Shown here: piece after piece, positions 27,916-37,531 of the stretch
Numbering within the stretch: the first letter of the stretch is position 1
Layout of the letters: each line of letters opens with the position of its first letter
Source: a virus
Lineage: Duplodnaviria; Caudoviricetes
Length of the DNA: 44,790 nt
Strand: one strand, 5' to 3'
IMG/VR virus record: IMGVR_UViG_3300025000_000029
Coordinates: 1 to 44,790 of that record
Notes under the pieces: generated by a model
What the model saw: the letters and a program-made list of their open reading frames with translations, nothing else
Told to the model about the DNA's origin: nothing
Database searches by the model: none
Made by a program: the position numbers and the translations under genes

Positions 27916-28196
27916 TGGAACCAGATACCATTTACTGTGTGATGTTGGGAGCAGCAAAGAAAGAAGGGAAGCGGATGCAAATGTCCGCTTCCCAAATGGA
28001 AATGATTGCCGAGAATAAACAGAAAGCCCTTATGCTATATACCAGTTATGTTGAAAAGATAAACGCTTTCAAGGATCAGGGTTGGACCTATGGTCAGGCG
28101 ATTATGTTTACTCCATTGGTTGTTGATAACCATTACACAACCATTGTGCGCGGCGATCCTATTTGTGAATATCGGTTTGGATACAAGGAGGAATGA
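27909..28196 (+). CDS. Hypothetical protein
   Basis: Coupled ORF. Confidence 0.6.
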   Translation: MVMEPDTIYCVMLGAAKKEGKRMQMSASQMEMIAENKQKALMLYTSYVEKINAFKDQGWTYGQAIMFTPLVVDNHYTTIVRGDPICEYRFGYKEE

Positions 28197-28498
28197 TGAA
28201 CGTAATCAAGATTGTAGTGGATGAGATGCCGGAGAATTGTGGAAAATGTACACTATCAGAAGAAACAGAACGAAGTTCAATGTTAGCATGTCCATTTTTA
28301 CAATCAATGTGGTATAGCTGGGAAAAGCCGAAAGAGTGTCCGCTTGTTGTTGAGGATGTTTGCGAGTTGGTACTTAATGATTTTGATGGTCGAAAAATGT
28401 ATAATTCACCAGAAAACTGTGGATACCATGCGACACATCCAGAGTTTATATTCTGCCCCAACTGTGGCAAGCCTATCAAGTATGTGGAGGTGGAATGA
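28193..28498 (+). CDS. Cys-rich zinc-finger protein
   Basis: MPENCGKC...CP...FCPNCGKPI. Confidence 0.7.
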   Translation: MMNVIKIVVDEMPENCGKCTLSEETERSSMLACPFLQSMWYSWEKPKECPLVVEDVCELVLNDFDGRKMYNSPENCGYHATHPEFIFCPNCGKPIKYVEVE

Positions 28499-28953
28499 TG
28501 GAAGTAGATAGACTTACAAAGAAATGTCCTTTTTGTGGAGAATCAGATAGTTTGTATTCTATGCCACAATCAATAACTATTGAAATAGGTGGAAAACATA
28601 TTTTGAATGATTGGGCTGTTGGTTGTAAACGATGTAGTTTTAGCATTTTAAGAATGACACATTATAAAGAACACGCCATTGAAACATGGAACTCTCGCCC
28701 CATTGAAGACGCCCTTACCGCTACCATAGCACAGAAGGATGCGGAGATTGAGAGATTGACACAAGAAAACGCATGGCTGACAGAAAAGGCATTGATGACA
28801 CCTGATGAACTTGAGCTAATAGAAAAATTGAAACTACTTTATAAATCGTGCATGATAGCCGATATAGATGGAGAGTTATCAGAATATATTGATGGTTCAA
28901 TTCTTGACAGTGTCAGTGAAACATTAAAAATATTAGAGGTAAACAATGACTGA
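28495..28953 (+). CDS. Lar-family restriction-alleviation-like protein
   Basis: KCPFCG...VGCKRC...AIETWNSR. Confidence 0.7.
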   Translation: MMEVDRLTKKCPFCGESDSLYSMPQSITIEIGGKHILNDWAVGCKRCSFSILRMTHYKEHAIETWNSRPIEDALTATIAQKDAEIERLTQENAWLTEKALMTPDELELIEKLKLLYKSCMIADIDGELSEYIDGSILDSVSETLKILEVNND

Positions 28954-29040
28954 ATTTATCCGCAAACATCAGTTTGAAATTGGTTATCTTCTCGGTGTTG
29001 TGACAACTTTAATAATTATTTATTTGGCTTAGGAGGAACA

Positions 29041-29490
29041 ATGACTGAATTTACACCTGAATGGATTGAGGAATGGAAACACAATAATATTCCCATAAGT
29101 GGCACACTATATACAAAATCAACATTATTCGATGAAGCACTAAACGAAATATTATATTTCCAATCACGTGTGCAGGAATTGAAATTACAGACAGATAAAA
29201 ACAGTTGGAAAGAATTAAAGCTTCGTGCAAAGTTATCTGAACGCATAGCAGAACTGGAAGCCGAGCAAAGGTGGATACCAGTGAGTGAGAGGTTGCCGGA
29301 AAAAGACAGCACAGAACAATATGAAATGAAACTTTGTTTGTGTGATGACTTTGGAGAATTGCGAACAATACCCCTCTATTTTATCGGTGGGTCATGGTAT
29401 CCACATTACAACCATACGTATGTGAAATATGACAAGTATGTTAGAGCGTGGAAAGATTTGTCCAAACCCACAAAGGACGGTGACGCATGA
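29041..29490 (+). CDS. DUF551-like protein
   Basis: RWIPVSERLPE...VRAW. Confidence 0.65.
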   Translation: MTEFTPEWIEEWKHNNIPISGTLYTKSTLFDEALNEILYFQSRVQELKLQTDKNSWKELKLRAKLSERIAELEAEQRWIPVSERLPEKDSTEQYEMKLCLCDDFGELRTIPLYFIGGSWYPHYNHTYVKYDKYVRAWKDLSKPTKDGDA

Positions 29491-29605
29491 CACCCTTCTG
29501 GATTGGATTCACCTGGTTTGTTGTCGGAGTATTTGTTGGAGCAATAGCCTTATCTTGGTTTGTTGCTGCTGGTGCTGCTGATATGAGAGCAGGAAGGAAA
29601 TAATA

Positions 29606-29806
29606 ATGATTGATTCACGAAAGTTTGTTGACGAACGTTTATACGCAAGACAAAAAGTAGCACAAGAATATCAAAGAATTGTTGATAAGATGTTTGGCAA
29701 TGAAAAAGGATTACCGAAAATATTCAATTACCCGATTGAGAAAACAGACATTCAATCAATGGTTGTCGCAGCTTATCATTTGGGAAAAGTTGAAAGGGAG
29801 AAGTAA
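29606..29806 (+). CDS. Hypothetical protein
   Basis: Coupled ORF. Confidence 0.55.
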   Translation: MIDSRKFVDERLYARQKVAQEYQRIVDKMFGNEKGLPKIFNYPIEKTDIQSMVVAAYHLGKVEREK

Positions 29807-30027
29807 TGGAAAATAATTTAATTCAAATTCAAAAATTGATCATGCAAAATAAACAACTCACAGACATGTCAGACAATGAATTGAAAATATTAGGACTTAC
29901 GCAAAAAATTCAAACCATAAATTATGGAAACATCGGCAAAAGAATTTCCGTTTATTATGAAGATACAGATGGAAACGAATATCAAAGTTTCAGTCAATGG
30001 ATAGATGAAAAAAATTTGGAGGGATAA
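29806..30027 (+). CDS. Hypothetical protein
   Basis: GGGAG RBS, TAATG coupling. Confidence 0.6.
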   Translation: MENNLIQIQKLIMQNKQLTDMSDNELKILGLTQKIQTINYGNIGKRISVYYEDTDGNEYQSFSQWIDEKNLEG

Positions 30028-30452
30028 TGGAACCGAAACCGTATTGGACAGCGAATGATGGTGAATTGAAAAACTCAATTCTAAACGTATTAAATAACTG
30101 CTATGGCATAGATAATGCCATAAGCCAGAATGAACTCGCAAACAGGCTTAAATCATTGCTACAAGGTAAGAAAAACATTACCACCAGACAAAACAGAAAT
30201 GCTATCAATGAACTCCGTAACGATGGTCATTTGATTTGCAGCACAACAGGGATGGCCGACAACGCAGCCGGGTATTATCTTCCGGTAACATTGCAGGAGT
30301 ACGAACGCTATCGAGCTTATCATGCAAGGATAATCAAGACGAACGCGCAGACATTACGAGCAATGGATAAGGCAGCGGAACTTGCGTTCCCGTACGATAT
30401 GCAACCAGGATTGTTTGACGACTTGAAGGAATTTGCTTACCTTGAAAGTTGA
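30027..30452 (+). CDS. Winged-HTH DNA-binding protein
   Basis: NAISQNELA...TRQNRNAINELRNDGHLICS...GYY. Confidence 0.7.
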   Translation: MEPKPYWTANDGELKNSILNVLNNCYGIDNAISQNELANRLKSLLQGKKNITTRQNRNAINELRNDGHLICSTTGMADNAAGYYLPVTLQEYERYRAYHARIIKTNAQTLRAMDKAAELAFPYDMQPGLFDDLKEFAYLES

Positions 30453-30470
30453 CCGAAGGAAAGAAACAAG

Positions 30471-30590
30471 TTGACAACAGGTAACAAAAGTTGTAAGATA
30501 TTTATATGTCGAGACAGGGAAAAATGAATAATTAGTGTATTACTGCTTACCAACTTCCTGTCTCGACAACAGTGTTGGTAAGCAGTTTTC
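30471..30590 (+). promoter_or_regulatory. Promoter plus pseudoknot/attenuator leader
   Basis: TTGACA-N17-TAAGAT; 30507-30520 pairs with 30555-30568, which is the loop of hairpin 30542-30586. Confidence 0.75.
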
Positions 30591-30604
30591 TTAAAAGGAT
30601 TCTT

Positions 30605-31273
30605 ATGTCAACCTCAAAGCTTCAAGAAAAAACAGCACAACTTTTAAATTATCACTTTCCTTACTTAAAAATTTACGAAAACCATAGACCAAAATGGTTA
30701 AGGGGGGTTGATCTAGAGGTACTTGAATTAGATTTTTATATTCCAGAAAGAAAATTAGCAGTTGAAGTTCAGGGTAAACAACATTATGAGTTTGTGCCAT
30801 ATTTTCATAACACATACGAAGATTTTAAAAAACAAATTGAAAGAGACCAAATTAAAAAAGATTTATGCTACGGTAAAAAAATTACATTAGTTGAAATCGC
30901 GAATGAATTTGAATTAGATTTGTTTATTAAAGATTTTATTAACAAAGAAAATTCACAAAATAAAATTGAAGATTATTTTTTGTTAAATGAAAGAACATTA
31001 AGTAATTTTAATGTATTAGAAAGGAAAGCGATAAACAGAATAATTAAATTTGAGAAACATAATTCTAAACATTATTTAGAACAGGCAACCTCTAAGGTTG
31101 CAAAATTATTATCGTTTTCCCTTAAGCACAATATAGAAATCAAGAATAATAATATTTTAGTTTTTTACTCGGAAAATAAAAATGAAATTGATTTTAAGTT
31201 TAATGTCTCTTTGAAATCAAGGATATATAGACACCAGAAAAAATTAAAAACTGTTAATTCAATAGAAGAATAA
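30605..31273 (+). CDS. AT-rich PD-(D/E)XK (DUF559/Vsr-like) endonuclease
   Basis: RPKWL....LELDFYIPERKLAVEVQGKQHY...RDQIKKDLC; AAAGGA RBS. Confidence 0.75.
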   Translation: MSTSKLQEKTAQLLNYHFPYLKIYENHRPKWLRGVDLEVLELDFYIPERKLAVEVQGKQHYEFVPYFHNTYEDFKKQIERDQIKKDLCYGKKITLVEIANEFELDLFIKDFINKENSQNKIEDYFLLNERTLSNFNVLERKAINRIIKFEKHNSKHYLEQATSKVAKLLSFSLKHNIEIKNNNILVFYSENKNEIDFKFNVSLKSRIYRHQKKLKTVNSIEE

Positions 31274-31282
31274 GGAGCAGCC

Positions 31283-31534
31283 ATGAAAATAAAACCTAAA
31301 GATTGTAGATTTTGTGGATCAGACGGGGTTGCAGCCGTTGAGGTCGATCAGCAATGGAATGAAAATGTATATGCCGTAAGGTGTGAGAGTTGTTTTGCAG
31401 AGGGACCGCATTGTGTATCAGAAGAAATGGCAATCAGAATGTGGGGGTTTGAATATAACAATGTGCCACAACCAGAGCCACCAAAATATGACACGTTCGG
31501 GCTTAACTGGCATAAATTTCCGGGAGCAGTTTAG
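31283..31534 (+). CDS. Second Lar-like zinc-ribbon protein
   Basis: CRFCG...VRCESCFAEGP.....EMAIRMW. Confidence 0.65.
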   Translation: MKIKPKDCRFCGSDGVAAVEVDQQWNENVYAVRCESCFAEGPHCVSEEMAIRMWGFEYNNVPQPEPPKYDTFGLNWHKFPGAV

Positions 31535-31536
31535 TA

Positions 31537-32346
31537 ATGGCTGATTATTGGATCAAGTTATACATCGAGATTATTGACGACCCAAAGATGGCAACCTTAC
31601 CAGATCGCCTTTGGAGAAGAACAATCGAATTGTACTTACTTGCAGGGCGAATAAATAAAGACGGTGAATTACCACCTACTAATCAAATTGCATGGGCGTT
31701 ACGATCCACAACGGATGAAATTGAATTTGACCTATCTCAATTATCAATGGCAAAACTGGTAGAGAAAAATAAAGACGGTTGGTTTATTCCTAACTTTGCA
31801 AAACGCCAGGCAGCAGCCAGTGATGCTGAAAGAAAACGACAACAACGAGATCGCTCACAGCGTAATCAGTATTATGGTAACGATAGTGTCACGGACTTGT
31901 CACGAATTGTGACACAGAACAGAACAGAAACAGAAACAGAAACAGAACAGAACAGACCAGATGATGCGGTGGCGGCGGTTTACACAATTTATTCTAATAA
32001 TATTGGTTTATTAACTCCAATCATTGCAGAAAAAATTGATGCAGACATAGAAGAATATGCCGCTGAATGGGTTATTGATGCAATCAAAGAAGCAGCACGC
32101 CAGGAAAAACGTAGCCTTGCTTATGCAGAAGCAATACTAAAACGCTGGAAACGAGAGGGGAAAAGCAATGGCAAGCAATCAGCAGAAGATAAGTACGCTC
32201 ATGTTGATGAACCACTTACAGAAGATGACCTTGCATTTGCCGAACAGTTGAAACGCAACGAGGAGCAGGCACGCCTTGATGCAGAGAAATATGAGCAAGA
32301 AAAAAAACTTGCGAGAAAACTAGAATTTGAAAGGTATAGACGATGA
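31537..32346 (+). CDS. Replication initiator (replisome organizer with DnaD-like C-terminal domain)
   Basis: WIKLY N-terminus; EWVIDAIKEA....SLAYAEAILKRW; internal repeats. Confidence 0.82.
   Translation: MADYWIKLYIEIIDDPKMATLPDRLWRRTIELYLLAGRINKDGELPPTNQIAWALRSTTDEIEFDLSQLSMAKLVEKNKDGWFIPNFAKRQAAASDAERKRQQRDRSQRNQYYGNDSVTDLSRIVTQNRTETETETEQNRPDDAVAAVYTIYSNNIGLLTPIIAEKIDADIEEYAAEWVIDAIKEAARQEKRSLAYAEAILKRWKREGKSNGKQSAEDKYAHVDEPLTEDDLAFAEQLKRNEEQARLDAEKYEQEKKLARKLEFERYRR
31887..31961. repeat. Iteron-like repeats, probable replication origin
   Basis: TGTCACG twice plus inverted TGTGACA, then tandem (A)ACAGA units. Confidence 0.65.
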
Positions 32347-33170
32347 CAAAACAAATTCCGTTAGTTGTTGAAGCGTCATGGGAAGTGAAATGCCCGACTT
32401 GTAATGATGTTGGTAACACGTATTACTTTGACCTTGAAGATGGTCCATACCAAACACCTTCAAGAGTTGGCGATAAATGGCTTGATGATATTGATGGACT
32501 TTCGGGATGGTTTCATGGTCACTTGATTGAAACACCATGCCCGGATTGCAATAAGTATGCAGCGCATGAACGATTAATAAAACTATCCGGGTTACATGGT
32601 GATGATACAAATATCCGCTTATCCATGTTTGCAACGGACAAAGAGAAAGCAGCAAAGAAAACGGCGAAAGATAATATTGCTTTATTTGCAGGCATGGGTA
32701 AAGACGCGAACGGATTCGTAACAATCTATGGGGATTATGGCGTAGGAAAATCATTCCTGGCGAAAGCACTTATCAACGAATTGATTATGAATGATTGCCA
32801 CGCACGCTATATATTGGCAAGTGACATGATTGCGGACATACGTGTGAACTTTGACGAGCAGAGCAATCGCAACATTGCAATCGAGAACGCGATCTACAAA
32901 TGGCAGAGTATTCCAGCACTTATCATTGATGAATTTGACAAGGTGAATACAACCGATTGGGTAAAAGAATCTATGAATAGATTGCTCAACGTGAGATACG
33001 AGAACAGGAAACACCAGCTCACGGTAATGGTATCCAACACAGACCCGAAGAAATTACCGCCGGAGTTAGGCTACTTGCAATCCAGGATGTTTGCAGGAAT
33101 AACGATTCATGTACCGGGTCCCGATGTACGCGTAATGTTAGGCAAGATTGAGAAAGGGAGGATGAATTGA
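32343..33170 (+). CDS. DnaC/IstB-like AAA+ helicase loader
   Basis: CPTC/CPDC zinc ligands, Walker A GDYGVGKS, Walker B LIIDE, SN and SR motifs. Confidence 0.88.
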   Translation: MTKQIPLVVEASWEVKCPTCNDVGNTYYFDLEDGPYQTPSRVGDKWLDDIDGLSGWFHGHLIETPCPDCNKYAAHERLIKLSGLHGDDTNIRLSMFATDKEKAAKKTAKDNIALFAGMGKDANGFVTIYGDYGVGKSFLAKALINELIMNDCHARYILASDMIADIRVNFDEQSNRNIAIENAIYKWQSIPALIIDEFDKVNTTDWVKESMNRLLNVRYENRKHQLTVMVSNTDPKKLPPELGYLQSRMFAGITIHVPGPDVRVMLGKIEKGRMN

Positions 33171-34240
33171 AATTCGGTTCCTTATTCTCCGGTATTGGAG
33201 GTTTTGATCTCGGATTTGAACGATCCGGGATGGAATGTGTTTGGCAATGTGAGATTGACAAGCCAGCGCAATCAATATTAGATAGACACTTTGGAGCAAA
33301 GATTTATGATGATGTCAGAGCAATCACAAGAAACAACACAGAGCCAGTTGACCTTATTTGTGGAGGATTCCCATGCCAGGACGTATCGGTTGTCGGAAAA
33401 CGCAAGGGGCTTGATGGAGAGCGGTCAGGACTTTGGTTCGAGTTTGCTAGAATTATTGACGAACTTGAGCCGGGATGGGTTGTCATCGAAAATGTTCCCG
33501 GTTTATTATCCAGCAACAGAGGAAATGATTTTGCCGTCATCGTTCGATGGTTGGCAGAAAGGGGGTATTGCGTGGCGTGGAGGATACTTGACGCTCAATA
33601 CTTCGGAGTTGCCCAACGGCGCAGACGTGTGTTCATTGTCGGAAGTTTTGGAAATGGACGCTCCGCAGAAATATTATTTGAGTCCGAAGGCATGTGCTGG
33701 AATCCTCCGGCGCGTGGAGAAACGGGGAAAGAAATTGCCGGAGAAACTGTATCAAGCATTGTCAGTAATGGCGACTCGCATACAGGATTCAGGGACGAAA
33801 GAGGACTAACCGTATCATCCTTATTGTCAAGAAATTACAAGGGAATAAACGCCGATAACATAGATCATATGCTAATTACCGGAAATAGAATGACTGCTTT
33901 CGGTGAATACGTGGACGATGGAACATCGTCCACTCTGAAACAAAGAGATTATAAAGACGCAACTGATTTGGTTATATGTGAAATGAATCACGCAGCAGAA
34001 GCATACAGGGAATCAGGAAACATATCACCAACATTGCAGGCACGCATGGGAACCGGCGGCAATAATATTCCGCTTGTTGGTGTACGCAGATTGACGCCAA
34101 CAGAATGTGAAAGATTGCAGGGATTTCCTGATGGATGGACAGACAACCAGAGTGATACGCAGAGATACAAGCAGTTAGGTAATGCGGTGTGTGTTCCGGT
34201 TTCTGAATGGATTGGAAAAAGAATTATGGAGATACCATGA
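33167..34240 (+). CDS. dcm: C5-cytosine DNA methyltransferase
   Basis: FSGIGG, GGFPCQ, ENV, QRRRR, RRLTPTECERLQGFP, GNAV. Confidence 0.93.
   Translation: MKFGSLFSGIGGFDLGFERSGMECVWQCEIDKPAQSILDRHFGAKIYDDVRAITRNNTEPVDLICGGFPCQDVSVVGKRKGLDGERSGLWFEFARIIDELEPGWVVIENVPGLLSSNRGNDFAVIVRWLAERGYCVAWRILDAQYFGVAQRRRRVFIVGSFGNGRSAEILFESEGMCWNPPARGETGKEIAGETVSSIVSNGDSHTGFRDERGLTVSSLLSRNYKGINADNIDHMLITGNRMTAFGEYVDDGTSSTLKQRDYKDATDLVICEMNHAAEAYRESGNISPTLQARMGTGGNNIPLVGVRRLTPTECERLQGFPDGWTDNQSDTQRYKQLGNAVCVPVSEWIGKRIMEIP
33306..33809 (+). CDS. Nested out-of-frame ORF resembling the M.EcoHK31I beta polypeptide
   Basis: +1 frame inside dcm; LTLNTSE.P.....CSLSEVLE....QKYYLSPKACAGILRR..KRGKKLP..L..AL. Confidence 0.7.
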   Translation: MMMSEQSQETTQSQLTLFVEDSHARTYRLSENARGLMESGQDFGSSLLELLTNLSRDGLSSKMFPVYYPATEEMILPSSFDGWQKGGIAWRGGYLTLNTSELPNGADVCSLSEVLEMDAPQKYYLSPKACAGILRRVEKRGKKLPEKLYQALSVMATRIQDSGTKED

Positions 34241-34419
34241 CCCAACACAAAGGTGAACTGAAACTATGTGCGGAAGGGCGTAGATTGTTTGATGAGTATT
34301 GCAAACAAATGGAATTACTTTGGGAGAATAAAAAAATGCTTACAGTATTCGAGAAAGAAAAAGCGTGGAAAGAATACCAGGATCATAGACAGGAATGTGA
34401 GGATTGCCGATATGAATAA
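34238..34419 (+). CDS. Small Cys-containing hypothetical protein (start approximate)
   Basis: GGAG RBS; overlaps the dcm stop. Confidence 0.5.
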
Positions 34420-35059
34420 TGAGACGAGTGTAAGTTTGAGTAATGTCGTAGATATAATGGCAAAAAACTATATTGAGATGGCGCAGAATTATGTAAAGCC
34501 GTCAGTAAAGCAAGCTCAAAGTATAGTTGGTACAGGTAAAAACAGGGAGAAGAATGATTTCTACCCTACTCCACAAGAAGCTACGCTTGCATTATTAAAT
34601 GCTTGGAAATTTTCAGATGATGATTTTATTTGGGAATGTGCATGTGGTGATGGAGCAATATCAAAAGTATTGGAAGCTAATAACTATGTAGTTCATAGTA
34701 CAGATTTATATGATTATGGATATGGCAGACCAGGAATAGACTTTTTGAAAGAAACCAACCCCCCATTAGGATTTCATACAATTATTACAAATCCACCCTT
34801 TGAGTTAGCTGAAAAGTTTGTTTATCATGCACATAAGATTGGTATAACCAAATTAGCCATGTTCTTAAAACTGGCTTTTCTTGAAGGTCAGGCTAGAAAA
34901 AAAATGTATGAAATATATAAACCGGCTAGGGTATTTGTTTTTTCTAAAAGAATTTCATTTCCGGTAAATGGAAAGAAAAAAAGCGGGATGATTGCCTTTG
35001 CTTGGTATGTGTGGGATGTAAATATTCCAACCCCAAAGCCAATAATAGAATGGATATAA
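34412..35059 (+). CDS. Amino-(N6A) DNA methyltransferase
   Basis: DFYPTP, WECACGDGAI, IITNPPF. Confidence 0.85.
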   Translation: MNNETSVSLSNVVDIMAKNYIEMAQNYVKPSVKQAQSIVGTGKNREKNDFYPTPQEATLALLNAWKFSDDDFIWECACGDGAISKVLEANNYVVHSTDLYDYGYGRPGIDFLKETNPPLGFHTIITNPPFELAEKFVYHAHKIGITKLAMFLKLAFLEGQARKKMYEIYKPARVFVFSKRISFPVNGKKKSGMIAFAWYVWDVNIPTPKPIIEWI

Positions 35060-35060
35060 C

Positions 35061-35384
35061 ATGACCAATAAATATAACGCACGCAAGACTACGATCGACA
35101 ATATAACTTTCGACAGCCTGGCAGAAGGAAACAGATACGTACAACTACGACTCATGCTACGCGCCGGAATGATAAGCCAATTGGAATTGCAGAAAAAGTT
35201 TTTCCTCCGTGTCAATGACCAGAAGATATGTACATACATTGCAGACTTTTTCTATTGGGATATTGAGAAAGAAGAATGGATTACCGAAGATGTTAAGTCA
35301 AAGGCTACTATTACACCAGTGTACAGGCTGAAGAAAAGGCTGATGAAAGCAATATTGGATGTAGATATTGTCGAGGTGGAATGA
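35061..35384 (+). CDS. DUF1064-family putative endonuclease/resolvase
   Basis: NKYNARKT.IDNITFDS..E..RY...YIADFFY...EDVK. Confidence 0.85.
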   Translation: MTNKYNARKTTIDNITFDSLAEGNRYVQLRLMLRAGMISQLELQKKFFLRVNDQKICTYIADFFYWDIEKEEWITEDVKSKATITPVYRLKKRLMKAILDVDIVEVE

Positions 35385-36313
35385 ATCTGTTTATCATAAA
35401 CGCAAACGCATTACATATCCCATTACCTGATAAGTCAGTGCAAATGTGTGTGACATCGCCACCTTATTACGGATTGAGGGATTATGGAACCGACAACCAA
35501 ATCGGATTAGAACAAACGCCTGATGAATACGTGACCAATATTGTCAAGGTATTTCGTGAAGTCTGGCGTGTGATGAAAGATGATGGCGTGTTGTGGTTAA
35601 ATTTGGGGGATAGTTATGCAAACAATGGTGTATCAGACCCTTCAAAAGTTGGTGGATTTACAGGGGATAGAATACGAAACAACAAAAAAGGAATAATGGA
35701 TAGTAGACCAAAATCAATACCGCAAGGACTCAAACCAAAAGACCTAATCGGTATACCCTGGCGTGTTGCCTTCGCATTGCAGGCAGACGGCTGGTATCTT
35801 CGTCAAGATATTATCTGGCACAAACCAAACCCAATGCCCGAAAGTGTCAAGGATAGATGCACCAAGTCGCATGAATATATATTCTTGTTGAGCAAGCAGG
35901 CGAGATATTACTATGATGCTGATGCGATAAATGAACCAACAGTATCAAGAGATGATTTTGTTAGAAATAGAGATGATGGAAAATTAAATAAAGTTGACGG
36001 ACGTTCAAGAATGGGAGGACTTGACCAAAATAATTATGAGTTTAGAAACAAGCGTAGTGTCTGGACTGTCACGACAAAACCGTACAGCGGAGCGCATTTC
36101 GCAACCTTCCCACAAGACTTGATTGAACCATGTATCAAGGCAGGCAGTCGAGAGAATGACACAGTGTTAGACCCGTTCAATGGTAGCGGTACAACAGGAG
36201 AAGTGTGCGCAAGGTTTGGCCGTAATTACATCGGCATTGAATTGAATCGAGAGTATATCGAATTGACGAATGAACGGTTGTTACCTTATCGTATGCAACC
36301 GTCATTGATCTAG
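35381..36313 (+). CDS. Beta-class N4C/N6A DNA methyltransferase
   Basis: VTSPPY, IIWHKPNPMPES, HFATFP, DPFNGSGTT. Confidence 0.92.
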   Translation: MNLFIINANALHIPLPDKSVQMCVTSPPYYGLRDYGTDNQIGLEQTPDEYVTNIVKVFREVWRVMKDDGVLWLNLGDSYANNGVSDPSKVGGFTGDRIRNNKKGIMDSRPKSIPQGLKPKDLIGIPWRVAFALQADGWYLRQDIIWHKPNPMPESVKDRCTKSHEYIFLLSKQARYYYDADAINEPTVSRDDFVRNRDDGKLNKVDGRSRMGGLDQNNYEFRNKRSVWTVTTKPYSGAHFATFPQDLIEPCIKAGSRENDTVLDPFNGSGTTGEVCARFGRNYIGIELNREYIELTNERLLPYRMQPSLI

Positions 36314-36477
36314 GCATTGGGCGCATGGTTGGCCATCCATACAATGCAACAGAAAGGAAATTCCTCAAACTTCCGGGACTTTTTCTTGGGCTTCCTGAAT
36401 AAGCCACAAGGCAAATCCAACCATGCGCTTCATTTTCAACTAACCGGGATAACCGGATAATTCAGAAAGGATTTATT

Positions 36478-36639
36478 ATGCAGATGATTTCCAGGTACAC
36501 GAAGAAGATTAAGCGAATTGCAGAACTGAAACATAAAGAACAAACTATTGGATTGACCTTTGATGAGGAATCGGAACTTGAAAGATTGCAGGACTTTGTT
36601 GAAGTGATGAGCAGTAGATTACCGCAGGAGGAAGAATGA
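36478..36639 (+). CDS. Small hypothetical protein (53 aa)
   Basis: AAAGGA RBS; ATGA overlap with the next gene. Confidence 0.5.
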   Translation: MQMISRYTKKIKRIAELKHKEQTIGLTFDEESELERLQDFVEVMSSRLPQEEE

Positions 36640-37208
36640 CAGAACCAATAAGATGGTTTGAATTTTGTGGAAAAGTGTACGAAGCAATGCAATTGAGAGT
36701 GGATAATTTATATTCCATTAATTGTTTTGCAGATGTGGATAATTTTTTAGTAGAGAATAATTTGGTAAAGGTAAAAATACAAACAGTAAACGGATGTTAT
36801 GTAAGCGCAACGAACGGAGATTGGATAGTAAAAACAAATAGAGGGTTAATGGTTTATGAGCCAGCTAATTTCAAATTACTATATACAGAAGTATTTCCAA
36901 AAGGAGATGATGTGAACGAGGAACAAAAACAAAAAGAAGGATTGACAGAGTATAGTGACCAGGAAATATGGGATGAATTAAGGCGCAGACAAGATATAGA
37001 GAATGATCGCCAAGCAAATAAACCGAGAATGAAAGAACTAATCAATATTGGTGGACTTGTTAATATTTGTGAAGAATATATTGAACAAATTTATAAGCAA
37101 GGATATGCGGACGAGGACTTACCAACTAATATTTTTGAAACAGCAATGAAAACTATATTTGGCAACAATGTGTTTGATTGGATTTTTAAAGCGGAGAAAA
37201 TAAAATGA
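36636..37208 (+). CDS. Hypothetical protein
   Basis: GGAGG RBS; IQT.NG...A..GDWIVK...G motif common in phage proteins. Confidence 0.7.
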   Translation: MTEPIRWFEFCGKVYEAMQLRVDNLYSINCFADVDNFLVENNLVKVKIQTVNGCYVSATNGDWIVKTNRGLMVYEPANFKLLYTEVFPKGDDVNEEQKQKEGLTEYSDQEIWDELRRRQDIENDRQANKPRMKELINIGGLVNICEEYIEQIYKQGYADEDLPTNIFETAMKTIFGNNVFDWIFKAEKIK

Positions 37209-37329
37209 CAGTTACATGGGTAGATTTTACAGAAGGCAAACTTATTTTTGTTATAAATTTTTGGGGCAGCAAGGTAACATACGAGAAAGAAATTCCTGAT
37301 TGGTTACGATTGAAGATAAAAGGAGCCTA

Positions 37330-37524
37330 ATGGCAGATAAAAAAGAACTTGAAGTCATAATCGCGCAGGTATTATCAATGGACATTGACCAGGTTGCGGA
37401 GCTTGCAACAGCACTTGACGAGGTAAGACAGAGCAACTATGGCAAGGTTGAGATTCTTGTTAAGGATGAGCAGGTTTATCAGATCAACCGGACGAAGAAC
37501 GGGAAACCGAAGTGGAAGAAGTGA
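37330..37524 (+). CDS. DUF2292/YezD-like small protein
   Basis: AGGAG RBS; L.EV....YGKVEILVKDEQVYQINRT matches my recollection of the DUF2292 pattern. Confidence 0.6.
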   Translation: MADKKELEVIIAQVLSMDIDQVAELATALDEVRQSNYGKVEILVKDEQVYQINRTKNGKPKWKK

Positions 37525-37531
37525 GGTAAGT

